From Patescibacteria group bacterium (GTDB lineage: Bacteria; Patescibacteriota; Dojkabacteria; J137), in contig BOLA01000001.1 in assembly GCA_016861265.1 (NCBI GenBank), positions 75,569 through 139,568 on the forward strand: a DNA stretch of 64,000 nucleotides, in the 5' to 3' direction. The position numbers and the translations under genes were made by a program. The notes under the pieces were generated by a model. It ran no database searches, was not told where the DNA came from, and saw only the letters and a program-made list of their open reading frames with translations. Below, piece by piece: positions 11,501 through 18,966 of this stretch. Within the stretch, counting starts at the first letter, position 1, and every line of letters starts with the position of its first letter.

Positions 11501-14500
11501 GTTTCCTGAATCATAACCATTATTATCAGCTGAAACTTTCCCATTTGTTGCAACATTTAAATTCATTGCGTTTAAGGTGACTCCATAATCACCACTTGTA
11601 CCACTTACACCGTCATCGTGACTAATAAGATTTAATGTACCTGCTGCATCTACATTAATATCACCAAAGAAGTATTGATTATTATTATTATGTGCCCATG
11701 TTTTTGCACGCAGTGTTAAAGCTCCAATAAGATTATTTCCAATTCTAATATCATCAACTAAATCTAATAATATTTCGCCTCTTATATCAACATTAACTCC
11801 ATTAATTTCTAGAGTATCTGCTCCCGTATAATGAAATGTTCCTTCTGTAGATAAAGTAGGTGATGTTGTATCACCTTTTAGAGTAGTACTTATAGGAACC
11901 TGCAACTCACTATTTTGTCCCATTATATTTAAATGACCGTATCTAGTAAGTTTAATTTCACTGAATTGGTAAAGACCTTCAACTAAAGCAGCTGAACCAG
12001 AATTAGAATTATTATTATCTACATACAACTTAGCTCCTTTTGATGCATCTACACCGACCTGCTCTATATAAACCGTTCCAGCAGCACCTCCACCACCCCT
12101 TGTTTGTATAACATCTAGTAACGAACTTCCTGCATTTGTTATGTAATTACCACTAGAATAATAAATTGCAATTCTACCTCCTGATGGATAAGATCCACCG
12201 CAATTGTAAAGAGAAGCACCATTAGCTGTAATTAAACCGTTTCCATTGAACACATCTGTTTGAATCCAAACACTTCCTCCTGAACCTGCTGCAGCTCCGC
12301 AACTTGGACTGTTTGGATTATTACCATTCGCTGAAATTGCTCCTAAGATATCAGTTGTACCACCAACAACTAATTTAATAGCACCTCCACCGGCATTGCC
12401 ACTTCCACCTGAAGCACCTAAATTATTTGGCTCATATACGCTTCCATAAGGAGTACCTCCTGTTGTACCATATCCCCCATAGGAAATTGAACCATAGATT
12501 GTTCCTGCTGTATAACCTCTACCATTTGAAACAATAGAACTAGTGGCTTCCACTGTTAGATTATCTGTGAGTATAGTTACGCCATAATCATCAACTATCT
12601 GATTATTACCATTGTTATATGGAATCAAAGTTAAAACGGAATCATCTTGAACAATTATATTTACACCTCTACAATCAAAAATTCCCTGATTATTTATATC
12701 AGCCGTCCATGTTTGATCTACATCAATAATTCCATCTAAATCAGGACAGCTTCCAAGTGTATCCACTATTGCAATAGAATTTGAAATTCCTGTTGCAGCT
12801 CCATCAGTAATTTTAATCTTTATACTTTCAACTACACTATGATTAAAATTATTGAATATTAGTACACCATTATTTTCTAGTTCAAAGGTTATTGTAGATG
12901 GAGATAAAACTCCACTGGAAGCACTTTCGTCTAGAGCTTTAATTGCCTCCACTGTTGGATTTCCTACATAATCACTTTTTATATTATCGTATTGATCGTA
13001 CGCTGTTACAGAGACAGGTCCAAAATCTTGTGCTGTTATTCCAAACTGGGGTGCAGTCACAGCAAATCTGCTTATTGCATCAGCTGTACCTGTAAAATTA
13101 AAATCTATCGGATTACCGGTCAAGCCGGAGGCACCCGCCCGTACTATATTAGTACCTGTTTTAGTACCCAATCTATATTGTCTTGAACTATAACCATCAC
13201 TATCTGTTATAGCATTGCCACCTGTAAAATGTCCTCCAACAGCACTATTAATCACTGACCAGTTTACTGTGTAGTCTGGAACAGGAAAGCCATCTCCATC
13301 AATTACTCTCACGATTAGTGAAGTAGAAAGATCGCTATTAACAACAGCTGTTTGATTGTTACCACCAATAAGTTGTATTACCGATGGATTGCCACTAACT
13401 CTAAAGTCCCTTGCAAATTCATCGTTAGATCCAAAACTGACCCAATTGCTGTATCCGCCTTTGCTATCTCTAACCCTAACTTGCCAATGAAATTCTTTTG
13501 AACGTTCAAGATTACTAACTAAAATTTTCCCACAATTAGTGGTACCCACAGTACAAATTTGTGGATTAGAAAGAGGAGAACCCTGAATATGGGTTGGGAC
13601 ATTGGTAAAATTTTCGTTTAATGGTCTTATTTCTAACTGCAATAATAGTGTCTCTCCAGCATCTACATCCGAAAGTTCACTAACAAAGTACACAGAAGTT
13701 TCAGTAGTAGTTCCACCTATAGGAATTTCGGTAGATTGATTAGATTTGAATTGTTTTAGAACCGAAGGAGAATTTGGTCTACAAGTTGGACCTATAATTG
13801 TACCAATACCACCATCTTGTGAATTACTCGTAACACCAGGATTAACATTTGCATTACCGGTAAATCCATTGCTAGTATTGCATAACATTACTAATCTTCC
13901 ACCACCACCTCCTCCACCCTGATACTGGACTTCGGCTCCAATTCCTCCTTTTGCTTCAACAATACCATTTCCACTAAAACTATTTGCTTCTATCCAAATA
14001 CTTCCTCCTGATCCTCCTCCTCCAGATATTGTTCCTTGTGCCTGACCATCTAAACCGTTAGCGCTTATTCTTCCATTCACAACCAAGGCTCCAGTTGCAA
14101 CAATTTTAATTGCACCACCACCTGCGCCTCCTAATGCATTTCCACTTTCTTGAGAAGTTCCAACCAAGGTAATACCATTTATTCTTGGTGTGTCTTCAAG
14201 ATTACTTCCAGAATTTAAGATGGCTCGAATTTTCCAGTACTTAAAATATCCATTTATTTCTGTAGTATTTCTTTGTGAATTATCATTTATATTATAGGTG
14301 CCTCCATTTTGATAATACGAGCCACTTGAGGGGTAAACAGCTTCCTCTCCAGAGAAAGTTCCAGTCTGTGAACCTAGAATCTGAAATTTAGGTGTTATAT
14401 TATTACTACCATCTAATACCCAATCAACAGTTATGCTTGAAATCAGAATTGACTGTGAGTTACCATCACCAACTGTCTCGGATAACCAAGTTTGCTCACC

Positions 14501-16525
14501 ACTGGCAAAAACCAATCCAGGAGTAAACTCATATATACTCTGAATATTTTCAGTAGTAAGTAAACTATTATAGACTCGTATATCGTCTATGGAGCCAGAA
14601 AAATAATTAAGTGCTTCCGAAGGACCTGCTCTGCCTGCAATAAGATCCATTACACCTAAAGTACCTGTTGTTGACATTACGGCCTCCTGCTCACCATCTA
14701 TAAAAAGTTTTATTTCACCTGTAGAGTCAAATTGTGCTGCAAAATGATGCCATTGATTATCAGTTACCACCGTTGTGGAATAAATGCTATCTCCATTTTC
14801 AGTTCCTGAAGGTGCTCTATATAAAAACCTTAATTTGTTTGCATTTGTTAAATCATTTGATGCAACAACATCTACAGAAACGCCTGGTAAATTTGTATTT
14901 GTAAATGTTATTACACTTTGATCTTGAGTAACAGGCTGTGTTTTAAACCAACTAGAAATTGTAAAACTTTCGTCATTAAAATCTAGAGACCCAAGATTGG
15001 CGTAGTCATCAACACCGTCAAAACTTATACAGCCTTTATTTTTGCAATTCTCTTCGGAGAGTATTGCAGGATCGTCATTGCTAACCGAACTGTCTGCACC
15101 CAATGTACCATCTGTTGCCCCCTCTACATTGTTACTTAAGTCTTGTCCACTTTGTTCATCTAATTTAAAGTAGGAAATTAAGCCATCAGTCACTACATCT
15201 GCTTTTTCTTCGGATTTTAATTCAAGCCCCGTAATGCTTCCAGTTTGCAACCCTGAGCTGAAACTTGTACCAGAAGCGTTAAATCTTTCATTAGTTAACC
15301 AATCATATTGAAAAGACTCTGTAACACCACCACCGTTTCCTCCTGCACTACCAAGTGTTGTAGGAGCTTCATTATTTCCATAAGCAATACCTCCAAAACC
15401 AGAAGGATTAGAAGCGTCTTCAACTCCCTGACCTCCAGCTCCTCCGTGTCCTCCTCCAGCTCCTCCGGATTGTCCGGCAGAATCTCCTCCTCTACCTACA
15501 GATTCAGATTCAAGAACTGTATAACCTTTTCCATCTGCTGTAATTTTACCGCCTTCTTGTACAGTCAAATTATTTACTAATAAAGTAACTCCCCAATCTC
15601 CGTTAGTGTAGTTGTTTTGTATAACATGTCTGTCCATTACAATTTCACCTGTTGGTCCCACAATAATATCTAGTCCTGCACAATCAATAATTCCGTCTAT
15701 GTTGTCGGGAGAAATTATCACCTGATTATTAATAACTGTAGGAGCACCAGGTAAAGGACATGCAGTTTGTGCAACAAGAAAATTTAGATTTGAATTCAAT
15801 ACAGCAAAACCACTAATAATAAATATGCCTACCTGAAACAGTAGTATTAGAAAACCTACTATTAGTGTTGTAAGTGTTGGGTAATATCTTACTCTGTAAG
15901 CCGTAAGGTATTTGTTACCCGATTCATCTACTTCTTTAATCTTGCCTCCACTATACAAATAAAAGAATGTGAGTACAAAACTTAATATGACTTGATAAGA
16001 CAGCCATATTACCCAACGTAATGGATTTAATATGCTGTTTGTTTTACTTATCTTATGCATTATTACATCGGATTTATTACTTGTTCTTAACGCTATTGTT
16101 GCAAGCGAGTTTTGAACACTGTGTCTGTGTGTAGGTTTACTCTCTATGGAAAAAGTGTAAGACAAATAAGTAACGAATTTTTCAACAAAATTAGCATCGT
16201 CTTTATTAAACATCATCAGTGAAGGATCGTTTACTTTTGGAAAATTTTCATCTTCATGTAATAGTGCAATTTTTCTTGCATTCGAAAAACCATTCTTACT
16301 TTTTAGTGAGTGTACAAGCTCAGTTCCTGCGAATTCTGGAAGTGTAGAATCTACTACTATTAAATCTGGATTGACTAATTCTATTAGACCTAAACCTTTA
16401 ACACCATTGTCAGATGTTGTGATTAATACATTCTTAAGGGTACGCTTTAATAAGCTTTTCAGTATTTCTCTAATTGTAAAATCATCATCGAGTATTAGAA
16501 TTTTTATCTTTTCATTATTTGTCAT
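2507..16525 (-). CDS. Giant (4672 aa) multidomain membrane/surface protein with an N-terminal response-regulator receiver (REC) domain fused to TM helices and a huge repeat-rich ectodomain
   Basis: Single uninterrupted ORF. Residues 1-~120 are a CheY-like REC domain (KILILDDD ... VVDSTLPEFAGTEL ... K). TM helices follow at ~aa 165-235. The ectodomain has Gly-rich beta-helix-like segments (GGAGGGHGGAGGQG), LamG/concanavalin-like domains (FDGVDDYANLGS...WHHFAAQFD; NGSNYAEI...WRHIVATYD) and an F5/8 discoidin domain (GEWIQVDLGAINTISKIDIWNRSDCCQARI, DNA ~7050-7450). It also has five ~340-aa tandem repeats and about five Ig-like ~105-aa repeats (GTVTFS...LP.NY.F...G.H.F..V.F...G.YT.TV.D). The C-terminus has two carboxypeptidase-regulatory-like domains interleaved with TM helices. 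Confidence 0.85.
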   Translation of the reverse strand: MTNNEKIKILILDDDFTIREILKSLLKRTLKNVLITTSDNGVKGLGLIELVNPDLIVVDSTLPEFAGTELVHSLKSKNGFSNARKIALLHEDENFPKVNDPSLMMFNKDDANFVEKFVTYLSYTFSIESKPTHRHSVQNSLATIALRTSNKSDVIMHKISKTNSILNPLRWVIWLSYQVILSFVLTFFYLYSGGKIKEVDESGNKYLTAYRVRYYPTLTTLIVGFLILLFQVGIFIISGFAVLNSNLNFLVAQTACPLPGAPTVINNQVIISPDNIDGIIDCAGLDIIVGPTGEIVMDRHVIQNNYTNGDWGVTLLVNNLTVQEGGKITADGKGYTVLESESVGRGGDSAGQSGGAGGGHGGAGGQGVEDASNPSGFGGIAYGNNEAPTTLGSAGGNGGGVTESFQYDWLTNERFNASGTSFSSGLQTGSITGLELKSEEKADVVTDGLISYFKLDEQSGQDLSNNVEGATDGTLGADSSVSNDDPAILSEENCKNKGCISFDGVDDYANLGSLDFNDESFTISSWFKTQPVTQDQSVITFTNTNLPGVSVDVVASNDLTNANKLRFLYRAPSGTENGDSIYSTTVVTDNQWHHFAAQFDSTGEIKLFIDGEQEAVMSTTGTLGVMDLIAGRAGPSEALNYFSGSIDDIRVYNSLLTTENIQSIYEFTPGLVFASGEQTWLSETVGDGNSQSILISSITVDWVLDGSNNITPKFQILGSQTGTFSGEEAVYPSSGSYYQNGGTYNINDNSQRNTTEINGYFKYWKIRAILNSGSNLEDTPRINGITLVGTSQESGNALGGAGGGAIKIVATGALVVNGRISANGLDGQAQGTISGGGGSGGSIWIEANSFSGNGIVEAKGGIGAEVQYQGGGGGGGRLVMLCNTSNGFTGNANVNPGVTSNSQDGGIGTIIGPTCRPNSPSVLKQFKSNQSTEIPIGGTTTETSVYFVSELSDVDAGETLLLQLEIRPLNENFTNVPTHIQGSPLSNPQICTVGTTNCGKILVSNLERSKEFHWQVRVRDSKGGYSNWVSFGSNDEFARDFRVSGNPSVIQLIGGNNQTAVVNSDLSTSLIVRVIDGDGFPVPDYTVNWSVINSAVGGHFTGGNAITDSDGYSSRQYRLGTKTGTNIVRAGASGLTGNPIDFNFTGTADAISRFAVTAPQFGITAQDFGPVSVTAYDQYDNIKSDYVGNPTVEAIKALDESASSGVLSPSTITFELENNGVLIFNNFNHSVVESIKIKITDGAATGISNSIAIVDTLGSCPDLDGIIDVDQTWTADINNQGIFDCRGVNIIVQDDSVLTLIPYNNGNNQIVDDYGVTILTDNLTVEATSSIVSNGRGYTAGTIYGSISYGGYGTTGGTPYGSVYEPNNLGASGGSGNAGGGAIKLVVGGTTDILGAISANGNNPNSPSCGAAAGSGGSVWIQTDVFNGNGLITANGASLYNCGGSYPSGGRIAIYYSSGNYITNAGSSLLDVIQTRGGGGAAGTVYIEQVGVDASKGAKLYVDNNNSNSGSAALVEGLYQFSEIKLTRYGHLNIMGQNSELQVPISTTLKGDTTSPTLSTEGTFHYTGADTLEINGVNVDIRGEILLDLVDDIRIGNNLIGALTLRAKTWAHNNNNQYFFGDINVDAAGTLNLISHDDGVSGTSGDYGVTLNAMNLNVATNGKVSADNNGYDSGNTAGKYLGYGGYGTTGAVPYGDVYEPKDLGASGSAGGNRGGGAMHLVIGNELTVNGTISSTGGAAVGGSCGRAAGSGGSVWIEAYQINGSGAGVISANGNAQYNCSGHYPSGGRVAIYYTGGDYFTNIGSANLTNFVQARGLSGGGPGTIYIEKLGLDPVKGAKLYVDNAGSDGWAAGLVEGSYEFDEITLTRYGHLTVLGNNSILTVSNGSSLKGDTTSSNLGVAGTFRYTGEEELYINGIDVDIQGEISLLNVDDFTVGNSAIGGIIFRAKTWAHNKDNQYSFGNITVGTSGVITLVSTHDGVAGTTNDYGVTLNAENINIQTGGLITADNQGYTTERSIGYGGYGTNGAAPYGNVYEPTDLGAVGSVGGNNGGGAIKLNVSNTLTVNGTISSVGGASVTGSCGRAAGTGGSIWINANNLVSGSTPGIIRANGNAQYNCSGIYPSGGRVAVYYNDGNYFTNMGSNNVTDYVQARGLSGGGPGTVYVERVGVDPVKGAKLYVDNAGANGRSAGLVEGSYEFDQISLTRYGHLTVMGNNSILSVSNGASLKGDTTSPNLAVAGTFRYTGEEILSINGVKIDIQGEILLENGDDFNLGTSLAGGLTLRAKTWAHDNTNQYTFGDISVGQYGTMTMVSFDDGVAGTTGDYGVFLTADSINVASGGIISADNQGYSSGTSAGKYMSYGGYGTTGATPYGSVYQPKDLGASGGASGNRGGGAIRLKVNNLLTVNGTISSLGGASVGGSCGRAGASGGSIWIEAGELNSDATPGIIRANGTAQYNCGGAYPSGGRVAIYYETGNYFTNMGASNLTDYIQARGGGGGPGTIYVEQTGVDQSQGAKLYVDNAGSNSWRAGLEAGNYQFNQITLTRYGNVELLGTGSILTVTSGASLKGDNSSPDFTVGGTFLYTGEDELFINGMDIDINGDIQLVNGDDFTLGNVSPGGMILRAKTWAHDKNTPYTFGKITIGQYGVLTLTSYDDGVSGTDGDYGTHVVAENIDLNTGGIITADNQGYGSGTSAGKYMSYGGYGNGGGEPYGDIFEPKDLGAPGNVGGNNGGGAIKLTVSDTFNLNGIITSAGGASVGGSCGRTGGTGGSIWIDTNTLNSTGTTGIVRANGTAQYNCGGGYPSGGRVALYYSNGNYFTNLGSNPVYNYIYARGGGGGPGTVYIEQKGVVDPKRGDLYIDNAGAGGTTMPFEARDYYFNNVYIGTNVYSTMRQDHLALRSNETLSEGGNVENIGDALAIWNFEEENDDNCANGGDYCDASGNNRHLNSFGSNRTMEGRVGKGLELNGSNYAEIDLETLNVTSFTVGMWAKLEQFTANSSDAEELINFNNIATTSSLDIDDNGNLRFEWPSKLSTGVISTGKSATMSSVYQNNIAANGGGVCFDGNLSNVCHSSGNGVGEWIQVDLGAINTISKIDIWNRSDCCQARITAFKIEVSDTGAFTGEQTEVLNLSGQTVGRPSTYNFSPVNTRYVRLTKLNSDYLNLAEIRVYGSSNYLPENQWRHIVATYDAPTGVRKIYVDGNEVISQNLETNYTLPITKISIGKGGLGSSTGFVGVIDEVFMYPRALNATEINIYKNTYSWIEFNDKRGRGPVFYLTGNFTLETGATFNAKALGFPSGGGVGKGSNGIGQSGGAGGGHGGSGGQSEGDGTNPSAQGGTFYGNQRAPLTIGSGGGRAGTGAAGGAGGGAVAIRARTGNVLIKGTIDVSGENGRTASPGGGGGAGGSILVEGQTCSITGTLNARGGNGGDDSFDGGGGGGGRVSILYTQGPCEATGTVTIANGTSVGGQSGQVGTYPAITSIPATPSFKDQYKTDGETNIPVGGLTSENIVKLKASVSDPGANVGNPQSLVAEFEVVGLNETFTAANLLRGEIKPDYSNTVFAGVYNAPELEYSGGIPLVSEVSVEGLIPGNEYKWRARVLNQDTNVLGAWTEFGNNASNQADFVVSNTVGLEIIPNKTTVIVGEPITVQVNAKNSSNENDPTYTGTVTFSNTPNGNSSLPSNYVFAEADNGTHTFVDQVVFTQAGTYTITVSDTASTSLTATTATITVNLPPAAMQDITITPSKTTVVQGESLNLVIRAFDQYSEIYPNYTGTVTFGSTAGGTVNLPGNYTFNGGDSGQHTFNNVVFNQVGTYTITVTDTSNGGITDTTEVITVNPSIQSLSIVPNLTEVNAGDPITLTVSGLNGLSQPDTYYRGTVSFTSTAAEEAILPLNYTFTLIDNGLREFVGGLVFTQEGTYTVTVTDVNNNSLTATTVPIKVNPPLPQSDATTLELESEATSVLVGDSVTVKVTAKDEEGNIVDDYFSTVNFSSNASPNITLPNNYQYTIEDSGVHEFQDELVFAKAGEFTLTVKDILVDSLTDTIIINVANSTQSLKITPSNTSIKIGDTIDLTVDALNAQNTNDGFYKGTVGFSSTSASAVLPVEYTFGTDDSGKKVFNNGAKFVESGIYTITVQDNQNTLLKAVSTNILVNPNNICAENPNQLICLADIEITNIITEQLSSTSQRVCWKTNIATVGTIQYGIASTEIYTNSTEQETEYVENHCTTINDLQSDTQYIFRINATSNAGKNASEEGTFVTGNGEIVPVSEARQCINNANSYAFNSNGQAVIRFNTAEETICKIHYGNDSKNLSYIFSEDKKLMNHTATLDLSNLDGKRDMYYQIICASVERTCVENVVVPLAKYLPYYPNKNVELISENVVPVILTITTIATGIINITTYPGMVIYAIPWIGKRRRKSTWGVVFDEVSKEPIPFVQVRIYDEVGKIQKQIVTGFDGKYGFLVNKGTYTLEVKHADYHFEKFEITINENEGIAAKNIGLNRNTVKKNTFKDLLIRFREKAKRNLPRINNSIVIVGFIVSVVALVTTPNIFNYFVASVYLIQLLVLILLNARKREWGYVFDSTNFNRIKSASVRVFDINQGRQIDVQLTDEEGRFGFKLEPGSYHLQVNAAGYELDTDRLSKKYERFNSATGQTLVKVEVKNKQQITIEFPMRKTEEALGKFEM
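7650..12700 (-). repeat. Intragenic tandem repeat in the 4672-aa gene: five copies, period ~1020 bp (~340 aa)
   Basis: The conserved block SCGRAAGSGGS(V/I)WI recurs at DNA ~8236, 9263, 10283, 11290 and 12300. Counting residues from KTWAHNNNN to the next KTWAHNKDN gives 339-340. Antisense P-rich pseudo-ORFs at 8187-8429 and 9165-9410 mirror the Gly-rich coding. Confidence 0.8.
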
Positions 16526-16595
16526 TGCGTTTACTGGTACTAAATAGCGAAACTACTTTCGGTTTAAATAACTTGAGATTTTATTTCAAGAATTT

Positions 16596-17882
16596 TTAAA
16601 TTTCTTTATGAACTTCCTTTGGATTTTTATCATCGCGAAGACCCAAAAATATTGCTTGTCTTAAATTACCTGATTCAGTCCACTCAGCAAATTTTACTTG
16701 CGCTACAAATTTAGGAGAAATCCACGCTGCAACATTTTTGTCTGGAACTTCGTTATCGAATGGAGATTTTTTTAGAATATGTTTATCTAATCTTGCTTTT
16801 AGCTCCATTATTGAATTTGAATCAAAACCGCTTCCAGTTTTACCAACATAAATAAACTTATCCTTTTCGTATACACCAACCAGTAAAGAACCGAACCCTT
16901 CTCTTAAGCCTTCCGGGAAAGTATATCCACCAATAACCACTTCCTGCTCCTGAACTGCTTTTATTTTTTTCCAATTTGTATTCCTGTCCTGGACATATTC
17001 ACTATTAATATTCTTTGCAATAATACCTTCTCGTGCTTCCTTTTTTGCTTTATTAAATACTTCAATACCGTTGCCAATACTATAGGCAGTTTTTTTTATT
17101 ACTGAGTTATCGTGAATTAATTTTTTAAGGGTTTTCTTTCTTTCAATCAAAGGAAGTCTTGTTAAATCTAGATCATTTAGTTTTAATATATCGAACACGT
17201 AATATACTAACTTACCTACTCCCGTTTTCCTGTAATTTTGAAGCGCCTGAAAGGATGGATTTCCGTTTTCATCTTCCACAACAATTTCTCCATCTAGAAT
17301 TATATTTAAACCCAGACTCTCAAGTTTTTCTTCAATCTTTGGGTATCTTGTATTCAGGGTAATATTATTTCTTGAGTAAAGTCTAACAGAACCATTGTGA
17401 ATATCTGCAATTGCCCTATAACCATCAAGCTTTTCTTCAAAGAGCCAGTCTTTATTATTAAACGGTTTATCAATAAGATGTGCCAGCATTGGGCTAACAA
17501 CGCTTTCATTCCATACATCTGGTTCATCCATATCTTTAATCTCTTCAACTGTTTTCCCAGACTTTATTGATTTGGGATCATCAATCAATGTAGAACCTAC
17601 GTAATCATCTTTTTCCTTTAAAAGTAACCAGGCATTGTCCCCCGCTCTTTTAAATCTGACAAATGCGTATCTTCCTTTAGCCTTTTGACCATTAAGTATG
17701 AGTTTTACATCACCACTTTTTATACCTTCTAATACTTTCTTATCAATTTCTTTTTTTGTGGTAGCACCTTCCACACTATAGGTTCCGTTATCCCATACAA
17801 TTACTTCGCCCGCCCCGTAATTACCCTCGGGAATTACACCCTCGAAATCCCTGTAGCTAAAAGGGTGGTCCTCCACCATCAT
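16596..17882 (-). CDS. ligD: ATP-dependent DNA ligase LigD-type (C-terminal part of the phosphoesterase domain, adenylation domain and OB domain). The ATG-delimited ORF is N-terminally truncated relative to the real domain
   Basis: KxDG motif I (EEKLDGYRAIA). The start (VEDHPFSYRDFEGVIPEGNYGAGEVIVWDNGTY) is the middle of the LigD 3'-phosphoesterase (LigD_N) domain. The conserved upstream PE-domain residues lie at 17883-18074 in the same frame with no start codon. Confidence 0.8.
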   Translation of the reverse strand: MMVEDHPFSYRDFEGVIPEGNYGAGEVIVWDNGTYSVEGATTKKEIDKKVLEGIKSGDVKLILNGQKAKGRYAFVRFKRAGDNAWLLLKEKDDYVGSTLIDDPKSIKSGKTVEEIKDMDEPDVWNESVVSPMLAHLIDKPFNNKDWLFEEKLDGYRAIADIHNGSVRLYSRNNITLNTRYPKIEEKLESLGLNIILDGEIVVEDENGNPSFQALQNYRKTGVGKLVYYVFDILKLNDLDLTRLPLIERKKTLKKLIHDNSVIKKTAYSIGNGIEVFNKAKKEAREGIIAKNINSEYVQDRNTNWKKIKAVQEQEVVIGGYTFPEGLREGFGSLLVGVYEKDKFIYVGKTGSGFDSNSIMELKARLDKHILKKSPFDNEVPDKNVAAWISPKFVAQVKFAEWTESGNLRQAIFLGLRDDKNPKEVHKEI

Positions 17883-18074
17883 CGCAAGATGTCTTTCTTT
17901 AGTATCCGTTGAAAGTCCTTTAGGTACTGCCCAAGATTTTAGGACACCCTCTACTTCAATCCTAAAATCATAGTGTAGTCTTGTAGCATTGTGTTTTTGA
18001 ATTACAAAAATTGGTAACTTACTATTAGAAGATTCGACTTTTCCTTCAGGTTCTTTAGTGTTATCAAAGTTTCT
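17883..18074 (-). other. In-frame 5' extension encoding the conserved LigD phosphoesterase N-terminus (RNFDNTKEPEG...FVIQKHNATRLHYDFRIEVEGVLKSWAVPKG) with no ATG/GTG/TTG start codon. It is immediately preceded by the Ku TAA stop
   Basis: Manual translation of the minus strand. The 64 sense codons between the Ku stop (18075-18077) and the LigD Met-Met contain the catalytic His/Asp/Arg block (QKH..RLHYDFR). Confidence 0.75.
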
Positions 18075-18845
18075 TTATGCTTCAATTTCAGCAAGGCTTT
18101 TCTGCAGTTGTTCCATAACATCACTTACATCGGTAACTTTTGGCGCTGACTTTGGTGTTTTTATTGGTTTTTTATGAATCTTGGCATCAATTATTTTCTT
18201 AAGTCCATTTAAATAATCATCTTGATAGTCAGATGGGTCAAACTGCTCGGCCATTCCTTCAATTAACTTCTGTGCCATATCAACTTCTTTATCGGATAAT
18301 TTAATATTTTTTGGCAGGTTTAATTTTGAAGTTGGCTTTATTTCGGATTCGTATCGTAACTGATTAAGGATTAGCATATTACCTTCAGGTTTAATAATAC
18401 ACAAATGCTCTCTGTTTCTTAAGACAAATTCCGCAACCCCTACTTTATTTGATTTCTTAAGCGCTTTAATTAATAACAAATATGTTTTTTCTGCACCCTT
18501 AGCAGGTTCTAAATAATATGGCTTATCAAAGAATATCGGATCAATATCTTCTTTATCTACAAAACATGATATTTCAATACTATTACTTCTGTGTATATCT
18601 ACCTTATCAAAGTCCTCATCTGTTAATACTACATAATCTCCCTTCTGGTATTCATACCCTTTAACTACTTCCTTCCATGGAACCTCTTTTCCTGTTTCAG
18701 AATCTATTCGTGCATATCTTATTGGCGACTTATCCTTTTTGCTGAGCATATCTAGATCTAGTTGCACACTTTGTGTTGCTGTATATAAGTTTACAGGAAT
18801 ATATATTAATCCAAAGCTTATGCCACCGGTCCACATTGCTCTCAT
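18075..18845 (-). CDS. ku: Ku protein (bacterial NHEJ DNA-end-binding protein)
   Basis: Hallmark N-terminus MRAMWTGGISFGLIYIPVNLYTAT. Ku core of 256 aa. Immediately upstream of, and in frame with, LigD. Confidence 0.9.
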   Translation of the reverse strand: MRAMWTGGISFGLIYIPVNLYTATQSVQLDLDMLSKKDKSPIRYARIDSETGKEVPWKEVVKGYEYQKGDYVVLTDEDFDKVDIHRSNSIEISCFVDKEDIDPIFFDKPYYLEPAKGAEKTYLLLIKALKKSNKVGVAEFVLRNREHLCIIKPEGNMLILNQLRYESEIKPTSKLNLPKNIKLSDKEVDMAQKLIEGMAEQFDPSDYQDDYLNGLKKIIDAKIHKKPIKTPKSAPKVTDVSDVMEQLQKSLAEIEA

Positions 18846-18930
18846 AGTTGTACTTAAAAGATATTACCTAATATATTAAACATAAATACGCGAATCGTAA
18901 AATGGTTGTAAAATATTAGTAAAAAATTCC

Positions 18931-18960
18931 TTGTAAAATTAAAATTCTATTTTTATAATC
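18931..18960 (+). promoter_or_regulatory. Sigma70-like promoter (TTGTAA, 17-bp spacer, TATAAT) driving a short structured transcript
   Basis: TTGTAA at 18931-18936 and TATAAT at 18954-18959. It sits in the Ku/ada divergent intergenic region. Confidence 0.35.
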
Positions 18961-18966
18961 GTGAGA

